Sequence record: NZ_CP013725.1
DNA from: a plasmid
Reading direction: 5' to 3' (one strand)
DNA: 64,000 nucleotides
Shown here one piece after another: positions 10,385 through 21,060 of this stretch. The notes beneath the pieces are model-generated. The model saw only the letters and a program-made list of their open reading frames with translations. It searched no databases and was not told the origin of the DNA. The position numbers were made by a program, and so were the translations under genes. Every line of letters begins with the position of its first letter. Within the stretch, counting starts at the first letter, position 1.

Positions 10385-10825
10385 ATGGCTAGAAAAGAAT
10401 TTGATATGAAGAGTGAATCGAAAGAAATTATGATGAAAGCAAAAAAAAGATATGGACTTAGATCTGATTCTGAAACAATTAATTTTATCATCCATATGTT
10501 TTCGGAAAAAGAGAGGGAACAAGCAATCTTTGAAGTGATGAGAGATCAATATGCAGATTCAAAAAAATTATTTGATCGAATTCGATTAGGTGTGAATAAT
10601 GCTGAGAAAGGCACACAAGTTGTCAAAGAAATGTTAAACAACTACTTCTTATTCAATCACGAACCAGAAGAAGCTTTCTTCCCAATCGAAAAAGATAAAC
10701 ATTTTATTACAGGGAAAGCAGAAGAAGAAGTGCAACGTCGATTTAAAATCATGCGTGATCAAAAGAAAGAAGCGAGCAGAAAAAAACAAAATGTTCCAGT
10801 AGTACCGGAGCCGATCCATGAGTAA
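10385..10825 (+). CDS. MobC-like relaxosome accessory protein
   Basis: KKRYGLRSDSETINFIIHMF resembles the MobC family core (GLSRSEYIR-like); gene overlaps the relaxase start. Confidence 0.45.
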   Translation: MARKEFDMKSESKEIMMKAKKRYGLRSDSETINFIIHMFSEKEREQAIFEVMRDQYADSKKLFDRIRLGVNNAEKGTQVVKEMLNNYFLFNHEPEEAFFPIEKDKHFITGKAEEEVQRRFKIMRDQKKEASRKKQNVPVVPEPIHE

Positions 10826-12158
10826 GATTACCGCCGGTATTGTTTTAGCGACGAAATTTATTGTCCCAAACAGTCCATTAAATAAGTCGAAGAAATACTG
10901 GTCAAACTATATCAAATATATTGATCGTGATGAAGCCGTTCGAAACGAGCATTACAAAGAATTTAGCATGATTGGTAATGAAGAAGAGCGTACGGAAGAG
11001 GAAAAAGAACGGAATAAAAAATATATCGATTATATGGGAAATCCGAAAAAAACATCTGGTTTATTTACAGAAGGAAAACCGAAGTTGACACAAGCTGAAA
11101 AGAAAAAATATAAAGATGCGTTCCAAACTGCAGAAAAAAATAACAGCGTTATGTTCCAGCATGTTATCAGTTTTGATAACGAGTGGTTGGCTAAACAAGG
11201 TATTTATGATCCGAAGATAGGAATGCTTGACGAAAAAAGATTGCAGCAAGTAACTAGTGCGTCGATGAAAAGTTTTTTGCGGAAAGAAGGCATGGAAGGC
11301 AGTGCGATTTGGTTAGCAGCGATCCATAAAAACACAAAACATTTTCATGTGCATATCTCGGTTACTGAACCAACCCCAACACGTAAATTTTATTCCAATA
11401 AAAGACGGCCGGAGTTGGAAAAAGGAACGGACGGGAAGCCAGTAAGAGATGGACGTATGGCACCAGCAACTAGAAGAGCCGTACGTAGTACCGTTTATAG
11501 TGAAATAGCACAGCGAGGAAGCATTTACCAACGGATCGATGATTATGCAAAAGAACAACTTCTTACACCACTTCATGCGTCGAAGGAAGTGATTCGATCA
11601 CATGAAAATGAGGCCTTATTTCTTGAGCTACATCAAATGTATAAAAAACATTCTGGTCAGTGGAATTATGGAAATTTAAACAAACATCCAGCAAAAAAAG
11701 TTGTAGATCAGATCACGACAAATTATTTAACGAAACACCATCCCGAAGAAATGCAAGTATTCCAAAAAGCATGGGAGCATGAAGGTAACTTACAACAAGA
11801 AGCCTATGGTAAAAAAACAGAATTTAATATTCACACTTACTTAGAAAGTAAGGATGAAAAATTATACAAGCAGCTAGGAAATCAAGTGCTACAAGAAGTT
11901 AAAAATTATGATAAGCGTTTCAATCATTCCAAATCAGATCATCATTATTTAGATCAGCAGGGAAATTTAAAAAAGGAAGGGTCTTTAACTCCAAAAGATA
12001 AAATTGCCCGTTATCGCCGGCGACGGGGGTCGGTGATCTATCAGTTGAAAAAGATGGATTATGAATTAGATAATTCGTACAAAAAATGGAAAAATGATCG
12101 CGCATTTGAACAACTAGAGCAGGAAATGGAAAGAGAAAAATCAATGGACAGAGAGTAG
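10818..12158 (+). CDS. MOB_P-type relaxase
   Basis: IHKNTKHFHVHISV fits the HxDTDHxHxH three-histidine relaxase motif; N-terminal region upstream could carry the catalytic Tyr; 446 aa. Confidence 0.6.
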   Translation: MSKITAGIVLATKFIVPNSPLNKSKKYWSNYIKYIDRDEAVRNEHYKEFSMIGNEEERTEEEKERNKKYIDYMGNPKKTSGLFTEGKPKLTQAEKKKYKDAFQTAEKNNSVMFQHVISFDNEWLAKQGIYDPKIGMLDEKRLQQVTSASMKSFLRKEGMEGSAIWLAAIHKNTKHFHVHISVTEPTPTRKFYSNKRRPELEKGTDGKPVRDGRMAPATRRAVRSTVYSEIAQRGSIYQRIDDYAKEQLLTPLHASKEVIRSHENEALFLELHQMYKKHSGQWNYGNLNKHPAKKVVDQITTNYLTKHHPEEMQVFQKAWEHEGNLQQEAYGKKTEFNIHTYLESKDEKLYKQLGNQVLQEVKNYDKRFNHSKSDHHYLDQQGNLKKEGSLTPKDKIARYRRRRGSVIYQLKKMDYELDNSYKKWKNDRAFEQLEQEMEREKSMDRE

Positions 12159-12168
12159 GAGATATTGG

Positions 12169-12528
12169 ATGCAAAAAAAATATAAAGCGAACAAGAAAGC
12201 ACGATCAAAGTGGAGAAGCTTAATTCGACCGGACGACATTTGTGTAACCACGGTGATGTATCAGGAAGAGACGAACAGGAAAGTTAGACCGGTAGTAGTT
12301 TTAAAGATTGATAAAGAAAAAGAAATTGCTTGGTGTCATAAAATGACAACAAAGCCTAAGGGAATCCCTTTAAGGAGGTGGATCGAAGAAGGGCTTTTCA
12401 AACCAACTTTTGTGGACATTCGGTTGATTATTCCAGTGAAAATAAAAGGGATGGTTCGGATAGGCGTGCTGCATCCAGAGGATAAAAGCAGCCTAAAATC
12501 ATGTACAACGCTTGGGATTACGCTATAA
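12169..12528 (+). CDS. PemK/MazF-like growth-inhibitor fold protein (putative toxin)
   Basis: DICVTTV...RPVVVL...CHKMTTKPKG...IGVL pattern matches the MazF/PemK family (GDIxxVxF...RPxlVl...P.TS). Confidence 0.4.
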   Translation: MQKKYKANKKARSKWRSLIRPDDICVTTVMYQEETNRKVRPVVVLKIDKEKEIAWCHKMTTKPKGIPLRRWIEEGLFKPTFVDIRLIIPVKIKGMVRIGVLHPEDKSSLKSCTTLGITL

Positions 12529-12547
12529 TGAAAAGGAGGTGAGAAGA

Positions 12548-13312
12548 ATGCATACAAACCAACGGTTTCCTAACGAATATTTACAAGATGTATTGGTACG
12601 TTTAGCCCACCATTCCAGTGCGATTGAAGGGAATACGATATCGCTCGCCGACACGGTATCTATTATCTTGCATAATAAAGTGACGGGGAAAGAAAGTTAC
12701 GATCTTCGGGAAATTTATGAAGTGAAAAATCATGAACAAGCCTTTGATTATGTGATGGAAGAGATAGAAGCATTACGACCGATCAGTGTTCCAACAATCA
12801 AACAGATCCATGCGTATTTAACGGATCGACTGCAGTATGATCATGGCGAGTTCAAAGCGAGTGCCAATGCGATACTTGGTGCAGATTTCCAGACGGCGAG
12901 TCCACAAGAGACCCCCTTACTCGTGCAACAATGGGTAGATAATGTCAATTACCGTTTAGGAACGCATGAAGAAAGTTTGGAGAAAGAACCATCGAAAGAT
13001 GATAAGTTAGAAACTATTCTGGAAAGCCATATTGACTTTGAACGTATCCATCCATTCAGTGATGGAAACGGACGAACAGGACGTATGGTGATGAATTATT
13101 TATTGATGGAAAATGATTTTCCACCATTGATTATCAAGGCAGAAGAAAAGGCGGTCTACATGACGTATCTAGCCAATCAAGATGTTTCGGGCTTCCATAC
13201 ATTTGCGCAACAGAAGCTGGCTCAAGAAAAAGAACGGGTAGATCAGTTTAGATCTACGGAAAAAGAACAAATCCAGTTGCCAAAAAAGCAAAAGGATGAT
13301 TTAGAACGATAA
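12548..13312 (+). CDS. Fic/Doc family protein (AMPylase-type toxin fold)
   Basis: Canonical Fic motif HPFSDGNGRTGR; RBS AAAGGAGGTGAGAAGA before the ATG at 12548. Confidence 0.85.
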   Translation: MHTNQRFPNEYLQDVLVRLAHHSSAIEGNTISLADTVSIILHNKVTGKESYDLREIYEVKNHEQAFDYVMEEIEALRPISVPTIKQIHAYLTDRLQYDHGEFKASANAILGADFQTASPQETPLLVQQWVDNVNYRLGTHEESLEKEPSKDDKLETILESHIDFERIHPFSDGNGRTGRMVMNYLLMENDFPPLIIKAEEKAVYMTYLANQDVSGFHTFAQQKLAQEKERVDQFRSTEKEQIQLPKKQKDDLER

Positions 13313-13425
13313 AAGGTTCCTTACGTCAGTGAGGAGTTTTTTTCAAAAATAATTAGATAGCTAGGAACTTCCTAAAAAGGAAGTTCTTTTTTTTGTGCCA
13401 AATTATAAAAGGAGTGGTAAATACA

Positions 13426-13956
13426 ATGAAATATGAAGAAGAAAAACATCCATTATTTAACCAAGAAGCATTAGATCAATATGTGGAAGATACTTCCCAA
13501 TATTATACCGAAAACATGAAAAATGCGATGCACTTATGGCCCAATGGTAAAATGACAAGTTCCACCTATGAGGGAGTGAGGGGGGACGACCATCAAGTGA
13601 TTTCCAATTACTTTGATAATATCGACATGCCAGAACTGACAAAACTAAAACGAAGTGAGGTAATGAAAGTTGCGGCTGAAGGTGTGGGAGTTTTGATTGT
13701 AGTTCCAGAGACAGAAAAAATATTGAAAGCGAAAAATCAAGTCCTTACAGATAAACAAATTCAAGTTGTGTGTAAAAATAACTTCGAGTTGGACTACTTC
13801 AGTGAAGGTATCGTGCTTACAAAAGAAAAAATGGAGGCTTATGGTGTGACGGAAGCACAGATACAAAACCTTGCAGCTAAAAATCAAGCAGCTAAGGAGA
13901 ATAAAGCCTTGCAATTAGGAGAGGTAGAAAAAAGTATAGAGGATCTAGAAAGATAA
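13426..13956 (+). CDS. hypothetical protein
   Basis: RBS AAAGGAG before the ATG at 13426; no recognised motif. Confidence 0.35.
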   Translation: MKYEEEKHPLFNQEALDQYVEDTSQYYTENMKNAMHLWPNGKMTSSTYEGVRGDDHQVISNYFDNIDMPELTKLKRSEVMKVAAEGVGVLIVVPETEKILKAKNQVLTDKQIQVVCKNNFELDYFSEGIVLTKEKMEAYGVTEAQIQNLAAKNQAAKENKALQLGEVEKSIEDLER

Positions 13957-13960
13957 GAAA

Positions 13961-13996
13961 AAGAACCTCCCTGGTATCGGGGGGGTTCTTTTTTAA
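13961..13996. terminator. bidirectional rho-independent terminator
   Basis: AAGAACCTCCC...GGGGGTTCTT hairpin followed by a T-run, between convergent genes. Confidence 0.6.
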
Positions 13997-14328
13997 TTTG
14001 GATACAAAGTTTCAACGGTATCAACCAATATTTTAATTTTCGCGATTTCTTCTTCGCTTCTCAAATTTAGGGATAGTAACCATTGCTTTAGGGACAAATC
14101 GTTCCATACTTTGTCTTCCTGAACATAACCGACTAATTCATCTATCGATAGATGGAAGTAAGTGGCAAGACGGATCAGCTTTTCAATATCTGGTTTTGTT
14201 TCACCACTCATGTAGTAAGCGACGGTTCGTGTTTGAACGTTTAATAATTCAGCAATTTGATGATTTTTGAGACCATGTTCTTTTTTTAATCTCGAAAGAT
14301 TTTCAGCAAATTGGTGTTGAATAGTCAT
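13993..14328 (-). CDS. XRE-family helix-turn-helix transcriptional regulator
   Basis: QFAENLSRLKKEHGLKNHQIAELLNVQTRTVAYYMSGETKPDIEKLIRLATYFHLSIDEL is a Cro/C1-type HTH; RBS GGAGGG before the ATG (MTIQ...). Confidence 0.7.
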   Translation of the reverse strand: MTIQHQFAENLSRLKKEHGLKNHQIAELLNVQTRTVAYYMSGETKPDIEKLIRLATYFHLSIDELVGYVQEDKVWNDLSLKQWLLSLNLRSEEEIAKIKILVDTVETLYPN

Positions 14329-14501
14329 GGTGATCCCTCCTTTATTTAACGTTTTAAGTATAACAAAAATTTCTAAAAAGAAAAGATATTTCCTTATTCT
14401 ATAAAAAAGAATGTAATTATCACTTGAAAATGAAATCAAATAAGTATATTATGAATTTAAGAAATATAATTTCCTTTTTATAGGAAAAGGAGTGAAGACA
14501 A

Positions 14502-14900
14502 ATGTCTATCATACAAGGATTTTTAGATATATGTGATCGGATCGCTTACTTCTTTGGAGAATTAGTTAGTATCATTGTTACAAGCATTTTACTTGTGATT
14601 GAAAACGTATTTACTGCTTTATATCATGCGTATCAAGCAAGCGGTCAGATGAAATGGGCATGGTGGACGGTTATGACTATATTAGCTTGTATGATTGTCG
14701 TATTTATCATTCGCTATTTTATTATTGTCGCAGTAGCTACGCTGTTTTTGGTCCCTTTAATGGCTTTTTTTGTCAAAGCCTTTTTGACAATCGTTGTAGC
14801 TACCTTTCTACTTACGATTGTTTTTATTATCATTTATAAAGGCAAAACGAGCATTTCAAAATGGATGAGAGCAAGAAGGAGTCAGCAAGAAGGAGCATAA
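14502..14900 (+). CDS. small polytopic membrane protein
   Basis: 132 aa, 3-4 hydrophobic helices, divergent from the XRE regulator. Confidence 0.45.
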   Translation: MSIIQGFLDICDRIAYFFGELVSIIVTSILLVIENVFTALYHAYQASGQMKWAWWTVMTILACMIVVFIIRYFIIVAVATLFLVPLMAFFVKAFLTIVVATFLLTIVFIIIYKGKTSISKWMRARRSQQEGA

Positions 14901-14903
14901 GAC

Positions 14904-16406
14904 ATGAACGAAGAAACTAGAAAAAAGAAAAAAAGACCTTCACTTACCACACTTTACGAAGGAACGATGAAGGAAATTACGAGCAATGAGAACCGTTACA
15001 TCGAATTTTTGAATTTCGCCAGCAGGGTGCATAAATATAGCTTTGATGAACAGCTGCTTTTATATGCACAAAAACAAGATGTCCACATGGTAGCGACATT
15101 TGATATTTGGAAAAAGCTTGGTCGGTTTGTGAAACGCGGATCTACTGCAGCGCTTCTATTTGATTACACGACACAACAAAGAAAGTATGTCTTTGATATA
15201 TCCGAAACAGGCGGAGAACCCCTTCAGGTATTTGATTGGCAGTTACTTGATAATGACAAAAATGATTTACTTCGATATTGGAACACATATGAAAAACAGA
15301 GTGGTACGCTTGTCAATTGGGAAGATGGCATTCACGCAAAAATAGCTTCCTATCAAAAACCAATAGGTGATCAGATTCATCCGTTTTTTGTAAAAGATAT
15401 TGAAGTGGTTGCAGCGTATATCATCTATCAACGAACAAATACACTAATACCAGAGGATTTACTACTAGATGTACAGAGTGTTTTACAGATTGGGAAAAGA
15501 GATAATACGTTACTGGAGATACAACATTTTGCCAATTTAACCGCAAAGGAATTTTTACAAGATGTGGAACGCATTTTAAATAATGAACTGAAAAAAGAGA
15601 GGGTGCTTTACCATGACAGAATCAAATTTGAAGATGAGTTATCGCGAAGAGAATGGCAACCTGCTTCCAGAGATAGAAACGTCAGAAGAAATGATGCCGA
15701 TTGGAAAGATCGGGAAGCTGATCCAATTGAAATGGGAGAAAGAAAAATCGCTTCAAGTGATGAAATGGAAGTTAAACGGAAATTATCTTCAGGAAGTGAA
15801 ACGAATGGAAATTCAAGTGCAAGACAAGATCAACCAGTATTACGAGAAACTCGTGACGAAAGAAAGCTTACCGACCGAGATGGAACCATTAGCGAGAGCG
15901 AAGCGTCTGAAATCGCTTCGGATGCAAGCAGAGGAGATCATTCTGAATCAACTATAGTAGAAGAAGTAAAAGAATCTGAGCGATCAGGTTCTTTTTTTAT
16001 GCCTGTCAGTGAGCGAGGAGAACAAGTCGATTTATTTGCAGAAGAAACAAACTACATGGAAGATCCAGAAATTTCTTATTTAGAAGATAATGAGGAAGAA
16101 TCGGTAGAGAACTTTCGCTTTGCGGATACATTCACCTTTCCAAGTGGTCCAAAAGCTAAATTTCAAGCGAATATTGCAGCCATTCGCTTGCTGCATCGAT
16201 TAGAAACGGAGAATCGGTTCGCTAATAGCGAAGAACGCAATATATTAGCGCAATACTCAGGGTGGGGTGGTCTTGCGGATGCTTTTGATGAAAACAAGCT
16301 AGCGTTTCAAAAAGAATATCTCGAACTGAAGGAGTTACTAACACCTGAAGAATATCAAGCAGCATTTGAAGGAACTTTAACGACCTACTGTAAAGGGCCA
16401 TATTAA
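14904..16406 (+). pseudogene. 5' portion of a large conjugation-associated multidomain protein (ArdC-like N-terminal domain); interrupted at about 16.41 kb by IS21-type sequence
   Basis: HKYSFDEQLLLYAQKQDVHMVATFDIWKKLGRFVKRGSTAALLF resembles the ArdC N-terminal ssDNA-binding domain. The ORF ends a few bp before the TGTAGG repeats typical of IS21 ends. The matching helicase C-terminal part lies at 49498-53295. Confidence 0.5.
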
Positions 16407-16409
16407 AAT

Positions 16410-16917
16410 GTAGGAAAAGGGCCATCGAAAATGTAGGTACATGACAAATCTGATATTCTTTTTCGTGAAACTATCCAAGGAGAGTGAATCATGAGAAAAG
16501 ATGTCTTAGAAGGAGTGTTACTACACATTATGAATGAAATTCATCCTAATTTCGCAGCCCTTGCCAAACAATATAATTGTGATTATCGAACGGTTAAACG
16601 CTATTATGAAGCTGGATTGACGGGGGATTTAGATAAGCTTAGAGAGAGAAAACCTTCGGTCCCTCCTTTGCTTCATGGTTTTGAAGAAATTATTCGTGAT
16701 AAATTAGAATTAAATTGTTCGGCAGCTTCTATCTTTTATTTCTTAGGTAAAAAAGGTTATAAAGGGAGTTATACAACGATTAAACGTTATTGTCGTAAAT
16801 ACCGGGAAGAAAAAGTACAAAAAGCAACGATTCGCATTGAGACCACACCCGGTCTTTCTGCTCAAGTAGATTGGAAAGAAAACGTTAAAATGGTTAGCCG
16901 AGACGGTGAAGTGTTTT
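16410..16917 (+). mobile_element. IS21-family element remnant (left end plus 5' part of istA), truncated by IS6 insertion
   Basis: Repeated AAAATGTAGG motifs at 16405-16440. An N-terminal HTH protein ends ...TTPGLSAQVDWKE (IstA-like). The ORF runs into the IS6 terminal repeat at 16918. Confidence 0.5.
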
Positions 16918-17729
16918 GGTTCTGTTGCAAAGTTCCAAAATGAACAATACTAGTCTAACACTAGCTATAGTTTATGCAGGTATTCCTAATAATATCTTCA
17001 TTTCCGTGCAGACTGAAAACCCGAAGAGAGTGCCTTCTTTTCGGTTCTTCTTATATAATCCTCGAATGGCTTCCATGCCTTTAATCGTGGTTGAGGCTGT
17101 TCGTAAGCTTCGATAAAATTTGTTTCGTCTCTTGATGGGACGATGATCTTGTTCAATGAGGTTATTTAGATATTTCACCGTGCGATGTTCTGTTCGCTGG
17201 TAAAACCCGTGTGCCTGTAATTTTTTGAAGGCACTGGCAATAGAGGGAGCTTTATCGGTCACCAGAACCCTTGGTTCATCGAACTGTTTAACTAATCTCT
17301 TGAGAAAGGCGTAAGCTGCTTGTGTATCTCGCTTTTTCCGTAACCATATATCCAGAGTGAGACCATCTGCATCAATGGCGCGATAAAGATAATGCCATTT
17401 TCCTTTGATTTTAATATAGGTCTCGTCCATTTTCCACGAATAAATGGACTGTTTGTTTTTCCTCTTCCAAATGTTGTAAAGTAGTTTCCCATATTCCTGT
17501 ACCCAACGATAGACAGTGGTGTGAGACACGTTAATACCACGGTTGTACAGAATTTCTTGGACGTCACGATAACTCAGGTTGTACCGAAGATAGTAGCCTA
17601 CAGCGACAATAATCACATCTTTCTGAAATTGTTTGCCTTTAAAATGGTTCATCTTCGTTACTCCTCCTAGTTCCTATTAAACTCAGTTTACCCTATAATG
17701 GATCTGAGGGGAAACTTTGCAACAGAACC
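16918..17729 (-). mobile_element. complete IS6-family insertion sequence (812 bp) with terminal inverted repeats GGTTCTGTTGCAAAGTT
   Basis: IRs at 16918-16936 and 17712-17729; 226-aa DDE transposase at 16972-17652 (minus). Confidence 0.85.
16972..17652 (-). CDS. IS6-family transposase
   Basis: 226 aa, MNHFKGKQFQKDVIIVAVGYYLRYNLSYRDVQEILY..., about 80 percent identical to the IS1216 transposase at 24856-25536. Confidence 0.9.
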   Translation of the reverse strand: MNHFKGKQFQKDVIIVAVGYYLRYNLSYRDVQEILYNRGINVSHTTVYRWVQEYGKLLYNIWKRKNKQSIYSWKMDETYIKIKGKWHYLYRAIDADGLTLDIWLRKKRDTQAAYAFLKRLVKQFDEPRVLVTDKAPSIASAFKKLQAHGFYQRTEHRTVKYLNNLIEQDHRPIKRRNKFYRSLRTASTTIKGMEAIRGLYKKNRKEGTLFGFSVCTEMKILLGIPA

Positions 17730-18158
17730 GTTTTAAGAAAGCATAGGCTGCTTGCGTATCCCGTTTCTTTCGTAACCAGATATCTAAGGTTAAGCCGTCC
17801 GCATCAATTGCACGATAAAGATAATGCCAACGTCCCTTAATTTTGATATAGGTTTCGTCCATTTTCCATGAATAGAAGGATTGTCTATTTTTCTTTTTCC
17901 AAATTTGATAGAGTAGTTTGCCATATTCTTGCACCCAACGATAAATCGTCGTATGAGAAACGTTAATGCCACGATCATATAAGATTTCTTGAACTTCACG
18001 ATAGCTAAGGTTATAACGAAGATAGTAGCCCACGGCTACAATAATCACATCCTGCTGAAATTGCTTTCCTTTAAAATGATTCATCGTCATTCCTCCTGCT
18101 ATCTTTTTCTATTATTCTATCTTATTTGACAGTAGATTTAAAAATTTGCAACAGAACC
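17730..18158 (-). mobile_element. Truncated IS1216 copy (3' 430 bp missing), nucleotide-identical to the complete IS1216 at 24802-25609 over the shared segment and in the same orientation
   Basis: Terminal IR AAATTTGCAACAGAACC at 18142-18158; internal sequence from 17730 matches 25185 onward; partial tnp ORF 17683-18090. Confidence 0.8.
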
Positions 18159-18275
18159 AAATCTTTTATAAAACTGTGTTGCACTTAATTTGATAATTTA
18201 AGACAAAGAAGTGTATACTTAGTTGGGTAAATAAATTCTATTTACGATAAACATTGACCTTTGGAGGTAATACGA

Positions 18276-19640
18276 ATGAAATACGTTATAGTAGGAACTT
18301 CGCATGCTGGTTTTGAAGCTGTGCAAACTCTATTGAAAAAAGACTCAGATGCAGAAATCGTTGTATTTGAAGCTGGATCAACCGCTTCTTTCTTATCATG
18401 TGGTATTCAGTCCTATCTAGAAGACATTTCAAAATCTTTGGATGAATTACACTACGCAAATGAAGCATCATATAAAGAACAAGGCGTTGATATCCGCATG
18501 AACACAAGTGTGATTGCCATCAACCCAGAGACAAAAGAAATTACAACACGCACTACTGACGGTGTGGAAGCTACAGAAAGTTACGACAAACTATTGCTTT
18601 CTCCAGGTGGTGTACCAGGTACAATCCCGAATGTAGATGACCAACACGAAAACATCTTCTACTTACGTGGTAGAAACTGGGCAGATAAAGTGAAAAATCG
18701 TATGTCTTCAGCTAAAAAAGCTGTAGTTGTTGGTGCTGGTTACATCGGTATCGAAGCAGCAATTGCTTACGCACAAGCTGGCATCGACGTAACAGTAGTC
18801 GACTTTGTTGATTCAATCTTACCAACTTACCTTGACAGTGAATTCACTAGTCTTCTAACAAAACATATGGAAGAAAAAGGTATGAAGATTAAAACTGGCG
18901 AAGGTGTGAAAGAATTTAAAGTCAACGAAAACAACGAAGTAACTGCTGTTGTCACTGACAAAGGCACTTACGAAGCAGATACAGTTATTATCAGTGTTGG
19001 GGTTCGTCCAAACACACAATGGTTGAAAGACACTTTAACCCTTGATGGTCGCGGCTTTGTTGAAGTCAACGAACACATGGAAACTTCAGTTAAAGATGTT
19101 TACGCTGCAGGTGATGCAACTGCTATTCCTTTTGCACCTACAAACGACAAAGCTTACATTGCTTTAGCAACTAACGCTCGTCGCCAAGGTGTCATCATGG
19201 CTCGTCACGCAAGTGGTGATGCAGACGCTAAAATTGGTCGCGTAAACGGTACATCAGGTCTTGCTGTATTTGACTACAAATTCGCTACTACTGGTATCAA
19301 GGATGCTAACGCAAACTCTTACCAAGGAAATGTGAAATCTGTTTACAAAGAAGACTTAATCCGTCCTTCATTTATGCATGACGAAGAAAAAGTTTTAATG
19401 AAGCTTCATTACGATGCAGATAACGGTCGTATATTAGGTGCTCAATTAATGTCAACTTATGACATTCTTCAAGCTATTAATGCTGTATCTGTTGCGATTG
19501 AAGCTGAATGGACTGTAGACCAATTAGCGCAAGCTGATTTCTTCTTCCAACCAGAATTCAGCCGTCCTTGGAACTTCTTAAATGTCTTAGCGCAAGAAGC
19601 TCAAGGTCAACCATACGGCGCAGACACAATGCTTTTCTAA
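18276..19640 (+). CDS. FAD-dependent pyridine nucleotide-disulfide oxidoreductase (NADH oxidase / CoA-disulfide reductase family)
   Basis: N-terminal GTSHAGFEA dinucleotide-binding fold, redox-active Cys in SFLSCGIQ, second Rossmann VVVGAGYIGIE; RBS GGAGG. Confidence 0.8.
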   Translation: MKYVIVGTSHAGFEAVQTLLKKDSDAEIVVFEAGSTASFLSCGIQSYLEDISKSLDELHYANEASYKEQGVDIRMNTSVIAINPETKEITTRTTDGVEATESYDKLLLSPGGVPGTIPNVDDQHENIFYLRGRNWADKVKNRMSSAKKAVVVGAGYIGIEAAIAYAQAGIDVTVVDFVDSILPTYLDSEFTSLLTKHMEEKGMKIKTGEGVKEFKVNENNEVTAVVTDKGTYEADTVIISVGVRPNTQWLKDTLTLDGRGFVEVNEHMETSVKDVYAAGDATAIPFAPTNDKAYIALATNARRQGVIMARHASGDADAKIGRVNGTSGLAVFDYKFATTGIKDANANSYQGNVKSVYKEDLIRPSFMHDEEKVLMKLHYDADNGRILGAQLMSTYDILQAINAVSVAIEAEWTVDQLAQADFFFQPEFSRPWNFLNVLAQEAQGQPYGADTMLF

Positions 19641-19694
19641 TCCAAACGAAAGCCACTTTTTCACTACAGATATATAACATTCTTTATAACAAAT

Positions 19695-19745
19695 AAAAGA
19701 CAGGCGGTAGACTCTCATTTAATCTACTCGCCTGTCTTTTTCTTC
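19695..19745. terminator. bidirectional rho-independent terminator
   Basis: AAAAGACAGGCG...CGCCTGTCTTTT perfect 12-bp stem with flanking A/T runs. Confidence 0.75.
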
Positions 19746-19885
19746 TATTATGTAGCTCACGATATCCGGTTCCAAAGGTCAAACTCTTCCAACACTTCCC
19801 AAAATACGCCAATTACTTAGCAGTACTTGTTCGGCTTTTGCTCCAGCGCGCCGAGTCTTAGCGACTTTTGTCACACCTCTAATTT

Positions 19886-20755
19886 TTACTCTAACCAACC
19901 ATCAACTGTTTCACGATTGGCTTCAATCCAATTATCTGCTGCTTCTTCTGGTTCTACATCTGTCGCTAATTCTTCCATAACAGAAGACATATCTTCAACT
20001 TCCCAGTAGAAGTTATCAATAATCTTATAGGCTTCTGGATTATCTTCCTTTAGCCCTTCTCTTGCGTATGAATGAATTTCCTCGTAGCCACCAAAGACAT
20101 TTTCTGGATCGTCAAGCATCTTAAGATCATAATCCATGAACATCCAATGCGGCTTCCAACCAACCACAACTATATCCTCTTCATTATTGATAGCCTGATC
20201 TAATTCAGCAATCATAGCACCTGTTGAACTCACAGAAACCTCCCAATCGGATAGATTGTCATACTCCTTAACAGCATTTTGGGCACTGTTGGTAACACCT
20301 GCCCCTGGTTCAATTGCTGTAATAGTTGAATCATTTTCATCCGTGAGGTCGGTAATCGAATTGATATCTTCCATATATGTTGGAACAGTTAATGCTGAAA
20401 TAGCACCTTCTAGGTTAGCCCCTAAATCAACCATCGAGTCACCATATTTCTCTGCATAGGCCTGGTGCGTTGTAGGCACCCAACCGCCGACCATAGCATC
20501 CAACTGCCCTTCTGCAACCGAACTAAACATGATGGCCGGGTCTACTGTTGTAATTTGTACGTTGAACCCTGCTTCTTTTAGCACCTGTGCCAGGACATTT
20601 GTTGAAGCTATTTCAGACTCCCAATTCACAGTTGCTAGAGTCACTGTTTGGCCACCAGAATCAGCACCTACAGTCGTTTTATACGAATCTTCACTGCCAA
20701 AGGTAAATAATAGCCCTATAACTGTTGCTACTAATAAACTCATTTTCTTAAACAT
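19886..20755 (-). CDS. glycine betaine/proline ABC transporter substrate-binding protein (OpuAC/ProX family), orphan
   Basis: Signal peptide MFKKMSLLVATVIGLLF and periplasmic-binding-protein-like sequence; no cognate permease or ATPase nearby. Confidence 0.6.
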   Translation of the reverse strand: MFKKMSLLVATVIGLLFTFGSEDSYKTTVGADSGGQTVTLATVNWESEIASTNVLAQVLKEAGFNVQITTVDPAIMFSSVAEGQLDAMVGGWVPTTHQAYAEKYGDSMVDLGANLEGAISALTVPTYMEDINSITDLTDENDSTITAIEPGAGVTNSAQNAVKEYDNLSDWEVSVSSTGAMIAELDQAINNEEDIVVVGWKPHWMFMDYDLKMLDDPENVFGGYEEIHSYAREGLKEDNPEAYKIIDNFYWEVEDMSSVMEELATDVEPEEAADNWIEANRETVDGWLE

Positions 20756-21060
20756 TTTTACACGTCCCAAAAAATGTTTGAATTGGAAAACACCTTATGA
20801 AATCTTTTATAAAACTGTGTTGCACTTAATTTGACAATTTAAGCCATAAAAAATCGTATCCATAAGTTAAAACATTTGAATACTGTTGAAGCCTCTCAAG
20901 AGACTATTTGGTTTACACTTATAAATACAGTGCATCAAGATTTCCTATTCTACAGATTAATTTCCGAAATTGAAATAAAAAAGATTAAAAGTATAAAGAG
21001 TGGTACGCTGTTCACACAAGGAGAACCGAGATCATTAATCGTTCATATTTTATCTCGTCT

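Noticed and set aside
18276-20755. nox and opuAC as part of a defense or metal system
   Set aside because: Both are ordinary metabolic and osmoprotectant-type genes of chromosomal flavour. Their presence is better explained by IS1216-mediated capture.
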